A stretch of DNA of 64,000 nucleotides from positions 4,633 to 68,632 of the forward strand of contig DAQX01000007.1 of the NCBI GenBank assembly GCA_002503055.1. Direction: 5' to 3'. A program made the translations under genes and the position numbers. This stretch comes from Euryarchaeota archaeon UBA86 (GTDB lineage Archaea > Thermoplasmatota > Poseidoniia > Poseidoniales > Thalassarchaeaceae). This document shows, piece after piece, positions 57,369-64,000 of the stretch (position 1 is its first letter; every line of letters begins with the position of its first letter). The notes below the pieces were generated by a model. That model was not told the DNA's origin. It saw only the letters and a program-made list of their open reading frames with translations, and did not search any database.

Positions 57369-58594
57369 GGCCATCCTAGTGCAGGCCAGCCTGTGTGTTC
57401 GGAATCATTCCAATCTATTTCCTCGAGCAGAGCCAAGACCTCATCTTTGTCACTGAGGTCTTGTTCTACTTGGATTCTATGTAGCATCCCCTTGAGACTC
57501 CCAATTCTAGGGCCCGGCTCAAGTCCAGTAACTTGTGAGAGAGTATTACCATCTACTAGGGGGGAGTTTCCAGACCTTAGTGGAGCAAGATCTGATAATG
57601 ACTTCTCGAGAATACTGACATCTCGGCCCAGTCCCTTGCAATAAAGGATGAATCTAATCTGACGCAACTCTGGAAGAGCCGCTCTGAATACCCTCATCTC
57701 TGAAATTTCGGAAGGGAGGGGGGCATCCCGTGAATCGTGGAGGAATGAAATCTCACGCAAATCATCCTTCGACATCTTGAGAGATTCTCTTAACAGACTA
57801 GATAATTCACTACTGCTTCTCATATCTCCGCTACTCATTATTGCCATGTTGGTCACATAATCATGACATAGCAGTGGATTGTAGTTAACTTGCAAACCCG
57901 GAAGAATCTCACTGATTACTCCGTCATCATGCATCATTGACAATGCAACTGAGGCATTAGGCGACTCTAGAGTTCGAATCAACTCATATCCAATCCTCTC
58001 TTTGGACACCTGAGAAAGCATTCCAATGTTATCCTTGACAGCAGTTCTTAGTTCCGAATGCATGTATTCTACCTTTTCCGAAGCAAGGAACCGGTATGCT
58101 CTCATCACTCTAAGACCGTCTTCACTCAATCTATCGCCGGCTTCCCCGACTGATCTCAAGGTTCCATTCTGCAAATCCGACAATCCGCCAAAAGGGTCAA
58201 CTAGATTCCATTCCGAATCGTATGCCATGGCGTTAATAGTGAAATCTCGGCGAGATAGGTCCTTTTTTATGTCAACTCCGAATTCCACATTGTCAGGCCT
58301 CCTGCCGTCTCCATAACCTCCCTCGCTGCGCAGAGTGGTAACTTCCCAGTTTTCTCCTTGTCCGTCGATCCTGACGACCACGGTCCCATAATCTGACCCA
58401 TACATCAGAGAAAGAGGAAACAACTCCTTGACCTCATCTGGAAGCAATGTGGTCGCAATGTCCATGTCTGTCTTAGGGCATCCAGAGATTGACTCTCTTA
58501 CCCACCCTCCGACTACCCAAGCCTTACCCTTGGAACGCAGTCCAGAAAGTACCTGCCTATCGGCTTCACTGGCATAATCCGATGGCACTCCCAT
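57365..58594 (-). CDS. cca: Class II CCA tRNA nucleotidyltransferase / poly(A) polymerase family
   Basis: VVGGWVRE..DMDIAT, EVTTLRSE, RRDFTINAMA, DPFGG, EDGLRVMRAYRF, SKERI. Confidence 0.87.
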   Translation of the reverse strand: MGVPSDYASEADRQVLSGLRSKGKAWVVGGWVRESISGCPKTDMDIATTLLPDEVKELFPLSLMYGSDYGTVVVRIDGQGENWEVTTLRSEGGYGDGRRPDNVEFGVDIKKDLSRRDFTINAMAYDSEWNLVDPFGGLSDLQNGTLRSVGEAGDRLSEDGLRVMRAYRFLASEKVEYMHSELRTAVKDNIGMLSQVSKERIGYELIRTLESPNASVALSMMHDDGVISEILPGLQVNYNPLLCHDYVTNMAIMSSGDMRSSSELSSLLRESLKMSKDDLREISFLHDSRDAPLPSEISEMRVFRAALPELRQIRFILYCKGLGRDVSILEKSLSDLAPLRSGNSPLVDGNTLSQVTGLEPGPRIGSLKGMLHRIQVEQDLSDKDEVLALLEEIDWNDSEHTGWPALGWP

Positions 58595-58667
58595 GACTGG
58601 CCGTTGGCGTCATGGTCATGATTCCTTCGGGCGTTAGACATATCTTCCATGAACGGTTCGAGGGTAC

Positions 58668-59078
58668 ATGGAGGTCGAACTGGTTCCCGTTGAGGCCCTC
58701 CTCCCTCATGAGAAAGTAGTAGAGCATAGGGTGGATAATCTAGAGAAGATGACTCTGAGGTGGAGGGCATATACCAAACCACTACTGGTCGATAGGAAGA
58801 CAGGGACAATTCTAGACGGCCATCATAGGACCAGTGTGGCCAAACGACTCAAACTGATGTGTCTACCTTGTGTACTTGTTGACTATCTTGAGGATGATAA
58901 GATAACACTGTCAGTATGGCCGAATTCTGGCAGGGAATCTCTAGAGAAGGAAGAAGTGGTCGAAGCCGCACTATCTGGAAATCTGTTCGGGCCGAAGACA
59001 TCTAGGCACCTGCTATCTGACCATTTACCGCCCATCTCAGTTCCTCTGGATAGACTGAAGCAACCTGCTATAGAATAA
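58668..59078 (+). CDS. ParB/sulfiredoxin-fold protein, minimal SerK-like
   Basis: LLPHE, KPLLV, ILDGHHR, VDY, KEEVV...PKTSRH. Confidence 0.78.
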   Translation: MEVELVPVEALLPHEKVVEHRVDNLEKMTLRWRAYTKPLLVDRKTGTILDGHHRTSVAKRLKLMCLPCVLVDYLEDDKITLSVWPNSGRESLEKEEVVEAALSGNLFGPKTSRHLLSDHLPPISVPLDRLKQPAIE

Positions 59079-60092
59079 TCACGGAACAAGGTCTTCGTGC
59101 CCGCCAGACATTCCAAATTCATCTTCGCTGGGTGAACCCGGCGAGGCAATCTCAACCGAGAGAAAGTCGCCGAAGATAGGCCACATAGGCTCCAACCAGT
59201 CCATTTCCATCAACAAAAGCTCGATTACAGGATGCTCCATGATTTCGTCCTCGGTAGACTCTTCGTCTAAGTCAGGTAGATCGCGTGGCAAATCCCTCAG
59301 CGAGATGATTAGCCCTTCTATTCTACTCATTGTTTCATCCTCAATTTCAATTATCTCAGAAATAAGTCCCAAAGTATCCTCTAGATGCTCTGCTAGATTC
59401 TGTGGATCAAGTGGCGACCTCTCTGCCTCCTCAAGATCCATGGGTCCGAAGACAACTCCTCCAAGATCGGTGTCAAACCAGTCTTCAGACTGCCTCTCTC
59501 TCTTCAGTAGCCTCTGATGGACCGGTCCGCCGAATGGGCCTAGAACAAAACCCCCTTCTCCAACTAGACTCTCGACATCAGGAAGCAACTCTTTGATGGC
59601 ACCTGTGATTAGAACTCTGTCAACTGGGCGAAAACTATCTCCTACTGATTCGAGGAAGTCGATGGGTAAAACTCGTATTTCTCCCATCGATTCAAACAAA
59701 TCTAGGCGTTCGCTGGTATATCTTCTGACTTCAGTATGAGGATCAACTACTGTGACTGCTCCATCTGGGCCAAGCATGCTGTCTAGAAGGGCTGTTATGT
59801 AGCCGCCTTTGGAGCCCAATACAAGCACATGATGCCCTTCAAGAATCTCAAGATGATGCAATAGGGTGACTATCATATGAGGGGCGGAGATGGTTTTTGT
59901 CGTCCCATTTTCAGTCGATAAGAATGGAATTGGCCGGTCCATCAAGAATGTATTAGTATCAAAATCAGTGAAATCCTCGATATTGACTGATAGCATAGCA
60001 TCCGCGATACTATCGTTAATCGGAACGCCCGATTCTCTTAGCCTTTCCAGCAGGCCAGATATCTCCTCCATGCCATCCTCCTGACACTCCAT
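59079..60092 (-). CDS. pcm: Protein-L-isoaspartate O-methyltransferase-like protein with acidic C-terminal extension
   Basis: TISAPHM, VLVLGSKGGY, DRVLITGA, GVVFGPM. Confidence 0.7.
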   Translation of the reverse strand: MECQEDGMEEISGLLERLRESGVPINDSIADAMLSVNIEDFTDFDTNTFLMDRPIPFLSTENGTTKTISAPHMIVTLLHHLEILEGHHVLVLGSKGGYITALLDSMLGPDGAVTVVDPHTEVRRYTSERLDLFESMGEIRVLPIDFLESVGDSFRPVDRVLITGAIKELLPDVESLVGEGGFVLGPFGGPVHQRLLKRERQSEDWFDTDLGGVVFGPMDLEEAERSPLDPQNLAEHLEDTLGLISEIIEIEDETMSRIEGLIISLRDLPRDLPDLDEESTEDEIMEHPVIELLLMEMDWLEPMWPIFGDFLSVEIASPGSPSEDEFGMSGGHEDLVP

Positions 60093-60135
60093 ATAGCCGG
60101 AGGGGATTTGAACACAACGCCTCTCCGACCTCTTG

Positions 60136-60211
60136 GGGCCCGTGGTCTAGGGGTTATGACGTCGCTCTTACAAAGCGAAGATCACCGGTTCAATTCCGGT
60201 CGGGCCCACCA
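60136..60211 (+). tRNA. tRNA-Val(TAC)
   Basis: GGGCCCG/CGGGCCC acceptor stem, TCGCT-CT-TAC-AA-AGCGA, GGTTCAATTCC, encoded CCA. Confidence 0.95.
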
Positions 60212-60268
60212 TTACAGTCGATTATTGTGAGTGAAACTATCAAGAATGTCGGCTATGGCCGGTAGATT

Positions 60269-60937
60269 GTGGTCGAAGAGACTGCCGGACTCGCATCTCG
60301 GTTTGCACGCCGATTGCGTAAGCAAGGTTTCACCGTCTCTACGGCTGAGTCATGTACGGGTGGTTTACTCGCTTCATTGATTACAGATATCTCAGGAGCA
60401 ACCGAGTGGTTCAAGCAAGGCTGGGTCGTATATTCAAATGAATCCAAAATGAGAGAACTAGGTGTTGAGAAGACCGCCTTTGAGGAAGGAGAATCCGGCG
60501 CAGTTTCTCACGAAGTTGCAGTTCAGATGGCCCGCGGCGCGAGATACCAGTCTAACTCGGATGTTGCTATTTCAATTACCGGAATTGCTGGCCCAGGAGG
60601 TGCCACAGAGGGTAAAGAAGTTGGAAGAGTGCATGTTGCAGTTGTAACAGAGGATTACTTCCTAGTAAGGAGGATGGATTTTGGTGAAAACGACCGACTA
60701 GATAACAAGAGGTCATTCGCAGCCTTTGCTCTACGATTAGGCCTAGAGGCGATGGACAGAATATCTAGTACAGATAACTCAGAAGATCAGAGTCAGAATG
60801 CAGCAATAGATACTTCGGAATTGGACCCCTCAGAAGAGGAGTGGGAAGGAAACCTATTTTGGAAAGAAGACAAGAAGACTGTTGCCGAAGAGATATCATC
60901 AGTCGATCTAGCATCACTTACAGATTGGGAAGACTGA
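60269..60937 (+). CDS. cinA: CinA C-terminal / PncC (NMN deamidase) family protein
   Basis: AESCTGG, YSNESK, GAVS, TGIAGP. Confidence 0.88.
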   Translation: MVEETAGLASRFARRLRKQGFTVSTAESCTGGLLASLITDISGATEWFKQGWVVYSNESKMRELGVEKTAFEEGESGAVSHEVAVQMARGARYQSNSDVAISITGIAGPGGATEGKEVGRVHVAVVTEDYFLVRRMDFGENDRLDNKRSFAAFALRLGLEAMDRISSTDNSEDQSQNAAIDTSELDPSEEEWEGNLFWKEDKKTVAEEISSVDLASLTDWED

Positions 60938-60998
60938 CTGCATTCTCTAACCTTATTTGGCGATAGCATCATGAGCGTCCTCAGCACTTCGGCTGGAC

Positions 60999-62618
60999 AT
61001 GGTCGGCGAGAGCTGGGCTGAACGACAGCGTAAGTTGGCCGCAGCAGGCTTGCTAGTACTTGGAAAAGAAGCGCAAGCCAAGATAGAAAGCCTGAGCGAA
61101 ATATCCCCTCTAATTGAGGCGGCTCAGAGCTCCAATGTTACTTTGCTCAACAAGCAGACTGTGGATGACATGCTCTCACTGGTGCCCAAGCAATCACAAG
61201 ATGAGAAACCAACATCACCTATTCAGAAGCAAGCTACACTAGCAGGCCCTGAGAGCGGTTCACCAATAGGGAGGGTAATCGCACCTGCTTCAAATCCCAC
61301 TTTGAGCCCCCCAATACGAAGGCACGGATTAGAGCATTACAGTCTGGATGACTTCCCTATGCTCGCAACAGATGTTGACACCGAGATTGAAGTTCACTTT
61401 GATATCACAGGTAACTCAACCACAGAGGGAAAGATGGGGGACATGCAGTCCTGTTTTTCGGATCGACTAAGACAGATTCGTCAGATGATGATGACTTCAA
61501 ATTCTCTGCCACGCAGGCCCATCAGCAACGCAGAGGCTTGGAGAAATAAGCAGAGACATTCTAGCAATGAGTACGAGATTACTCTAGTTGGACTAGTATG
61601 CGAAACTAGGTGGGCCAGAGGCTCAGGTAGACTCAATTTCGTAATTGAGGATGAGACAATGCAAATCAGGTGCTCTCTAATGACTCCTTCAGATGCTTCT
61701 CACCTCCATCCAGCACTTGATGGATTGATGGATGATGATGTAGTGGGGGTAAGTGGATATTTCAGGAATGAAGGCAATCCTCTGCTCATTGTTACCGACA
61801 TTCACATGCCTCCAATGGGTAGGCACACAAAGGCTGCCGCAAGTGCCGATGAAGCGGTTTCAGCAGCCTTCCTATCAGATGTCCATGTGGGCAGCAAGAC
61901 CTTCTTGGCACCTCAATGGGAGAAGATGGTGGAGTGGTTCAAGACCGACCCACTTGCTAAGACAATCAAGTACTTCGTTATCAATGGAGATGGAGTTGAT
62001 GGCGTGGGAATCTATCCAGGGCAGGAACGCCATCTTGCCATCACCGATTTATTCCAGCAGTACGGCGAACTAGCGCGTCTGCTAGAGGACTTGCCCGATT
62101 GGGTAGACCTGATTATTCTACCAGGCAATCACGATGCAGTTCGTCCGGCCGAACCTCAACCTGCTCTGGATCCAGAAGTTCAGCAGGATTACTCTGATGC
62201 CGTTTTTGTTGGCAATCCATGCGATTTCAGCTTACATGGTGTTAGAGTGTTGTCGTATCATGGCAAGAGCATCGACGACTTCGTTGCTACTCTACGCTCG
62301 GTGACCTACGCCTCTCCAGAATTGGCGATGAGAGCCATGCTCGAGCGCAGGCACCTAGCCCCTTCATGGGGTGGAAAGACACCCCTCTCTCCCGAGCCAG
62401 AGGACAGACTAGTAATTTCACATGTCCCAGACATCTTTGTCACAGGACATGTCCACGGTCACTATGTTGGCAATCACAAGGGAGTGACAATGGTACATAG
62501 TTCAACTTGGCAAGATCAGACTGACTACCAGCGCATGCTTGGATTCCAACCGAAGCCATGCATCTTGACAGTCGTCAATCTACACACTCATGCCACAGCT
62601 TCAATTCCCTTCGCCTGA
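60999..62618 (+). CDS. polB: DNA polymerase II (PolD) small subunit DP1
   Basis: SDVHVGS, GDGVDG, PGNHD, YHG, RRHLAP, GHVH. Confidence 0.93.
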   Translation: MVGESWAERQRKLAAAGLLVLGKEAQAKIESLSEISPLIEAAQSSNVTLLNKQTVDDMLSLVPKQSQDEKPTSPIQKQATLAGPESGSPIGRVIAPASNPTLSPPIRRHGLEHYSLDDFPMLATDVDTEIEVHFDITGNSTTEGKMGDMQSCFSDRLRQIRQMMMTSNSLPRRPISNAEAWRNKQRHSSNEYEITLVGLVCETRWARGSGRLNFVIEDETMQIRCSLMTPSDASHLHPALDGLMDDDVVGVSGYFRNEGNPLLIVTDIHMPPMGRHTKAAASADEAVSAAFLSDVHVGSKTFLAPQWEKMVEWFKTDPLAKTIKYFVINGDGVDGVGIYPGQERHLAITDLFQQYGELARLLEDLPDWVDLIILPGNHDAVRPAEPQPALDPEVQQDYSDAVFVGNPCDFSLHGVRVLSYHGKSIDDFVATLRSVTYASPELAMRAMLERRHLAPSWGGKTPLSPEPEDRLVISHVPDIFVTGHVHGHYVGNHKGVTMVHSSTWQDQTDYQRMLGFQPKPCILTVVNLHTHATASIPFA

Positions 62619-63293
62619 CTGAGAAAATAACTCCCCGTCGAAGATATGACTCCAAATGTCCCTCAGATCCTTACTGTCCACAATCGGGACTCCCGCATTC
62701 TCAAATGCATCACTTGCTCTCTGTCTGGCAGGATTGAATCCAATGAACTTAGAACCAGGAATCATCATCGATAAATCAGTACTGGAATCTCCCACAGAGA
62801 AGATACTTTCAGGTTCCAACTCATTAATTCTAGACAATTTCTCTACCATGACTCCCTTGTCATGCGAGTACACTCTAGTTGGAGAAGGTCCATTCAACCA
62901 TCCTTCATCATCCCAGTCGAAACCGTTTGCAACCCAGTCATCAACGCTGAGCATATTGGCGATGACGCCGACGAAGATATCAACTCCTGCGGATACGATT
63001 GCGACGAAGATGCCTCTTCGACTTAACTCCTCGACAACATCTCGCGCACCTTCCATCAAGCCGATTCCAGAGTAGCATCGCATGATATCATCACGGTGAA
63101 TACGTGGTTGGACTTCTGTCCATAGCCTGATATCATCGGCCATGAATTCATCATCAGTGATTTCCCCATTGAGGAATTTCTCAAGCATTACGAGATTCTC
63201 TGTACCGAAGTAGTCGTGAATATTCTGCCATGACGAGCCATTGTCTGTGAGGACTCCATCACAATCGAACACCACTGCTCTAACCTTGGACAT
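62601..63293 (-). CDS. HAD-IB family hydrolase (phosphoserine phosphatase-like)
   Basis: FDCDGVL, SSW..IH, VSAG, K, GDS..D. Confidence 0.82.
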   Translation of the reverse strand: MSKVRAVVFDCDGVLTDNGSSWQNIHDYFGTENLVMLEKFLNGEITDDEFMADDIRLWTEVQPRIHRDDIMRCYSGIGLMEGARDVVEELSRRGIFVAIVSAGVDIFVGVIANMLSVDDWVANGFDWDDEGWLNGPSPTRVYSHDKGVMVEKLSRINELEPESIFSVGDSSTDLSMMIPGSKFIGFNPARQRASDAFENAGVPIVDSKDLRDIWSHIFDGELFSQSGEGN

Positions 63294-63367
63294 ATATCGC
63301 CGCGGAGCATTAGGGGTATAGTCCCTACGAGTCAGAGGTTTATGGTCGAGGATTGACTGCGAATGCC

Positions 63368-63625
63368 ATGGCCGACCCGGGCAAGGCTGTAAAGGTCAAG
63401 ATGTTCCTATTCGGACCTCTAGCCGAGAATATGGGACAAAGAGAGATCGAGGTGGCTTTAGAGCTGGGCACTACGGCCCAGCAACTTCTCGAGAGGTTTG
63501 ATCTGACTGGACACCTCAAATCGGGCCTCAGAGTAGCAATCGATGGTCAGATTGGAGCATCACTGAACACTCCCTTGGCAGATTCTTCCGAAGTCGCACT
63601 ACTACCTCCTGTTTCGGGCGGATGA
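63368..63625 (+). CDS. MoaD/SAMP1-like ubiquitin-fold protein
   Basis: VKMFLFGPLAE...EVALLPPVSGG. Confidence 0.88.
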   Translation: MADPGKAVKVKMFLFGPLAENMGQREIEVALELGTTAQQLLERFDLTGHLKSGLRVAIDGQIGASLNTPLADSSEVALLPPVSGG

Positions 63626-63680
63626 GACTTTTCTCAGCCGAAGCATTTGAACGATAAAACCTCTGCCTAGATTCGATAGC

Positions 63681-63887
63681 ATGGCCATAGGGAGCACGGA
63701 AATCGCAATCTTGGTCGGCGTATTCGTACTTCTATTCGGAGCCAAGCGCATACCCGATCTTGCTAGGGCCCTAGGATTGGCCAAGGGCGAATACCAGAAG
63801 GCAGTCAGTGAGGTTGCGAACCCATCAGTTGCAGAGCGAGATATGGACAGAGGCGGAATCACCGAAGAAGTCGCTGAAGAACAGTAA
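63681..63887 (+). CDS. tatA: Twin-arginine translocase subunit TatA
   Basis: IGSTEI..LLFGAKRIPDLARALG. Confidence 0.92.
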   Translation: MAIGSTEIAILVGVFVLLFGAKRIPDLARALGLAKGEYQKAVSEVANPSVAERDMDRGGITEEVAEEQ

Positions 63888-64000
63888 TCATCTCCTACGC
63901 CTGAGTGCAAGCTTAGAGCCACATTCTCGACAATTCCCGAGATTCCTGTCTGGCGAGGGCGCGTCTGGAGTATCAACAATCAATCCACACCCAGAGCATC
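63888..64000 (-). CDS. 3' end of a Zn-ribbon-terminated protein, possibly NOB1 family endonuclease (truncated by the window)
   Basis: Read manually on the minus strand: CSGCG...CRECGSKLALRRRR-stop; not in the ORF track. Confidence 0.55.
   Translation of the reverse strand, partial: CSGCGLIVDTPDAPSPDRNLGNCRECGSKLALRRRR

Noticed and set aside
34194-60211. Shared sequence between 34194 and 60136 as possible direct repeats bounding an island
   Set aside because: Both are complete tRNA-Val isoacceptors with different anticodons, and core genes lie between them.

Overview
Gene-dense archaeal chromosomal window with no rRNA, CRISPR array, integrase or transposase. Archaeal markers (rpl40e, rpl44e, rps27e, rpl37e, aIF2-alpha, Nop10, PAC2, PolD DP1, membrane LonB) occur with many bacterial-type metabolic genes and large Cys/Asp-rich surface proteins. 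I infer from this a Marine Group II euryarchaeote (Ca. Poseidoniales). About 60 CDS, 3 intron-less tRNAs with encoded CCA (Val-CAC, Ser-CGA, Val-TAC) and a TPP riboswitch. Most notable: (1) a tightly coupled six-gene minus-strand cluster (formyltransferase, SDR, luciferase-like monooxygenase, variant asparaginase II, ALDH8-like dehydrogenase, FabH) whose FabH appears to have lost its ACP-docking residues; (2) a TPP aptamer with no visible P1 stem whose P4 strand contains the Shine-Dalgarno; (3) an Fe-S PD-(D/E)XK nuclease fused to tandem OB folds; (4) a bacterial-type class II CCA enzyme, a lipoyl-lysine-less GcvH-like protein and a minimal SerK-like ParB/Srx protein side by side; (5) giant membrane-anchored surface proteins with distinctive Trp-rich cytoplasmic tails. 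All calls rest on motif recognition by eye; no searches were run.
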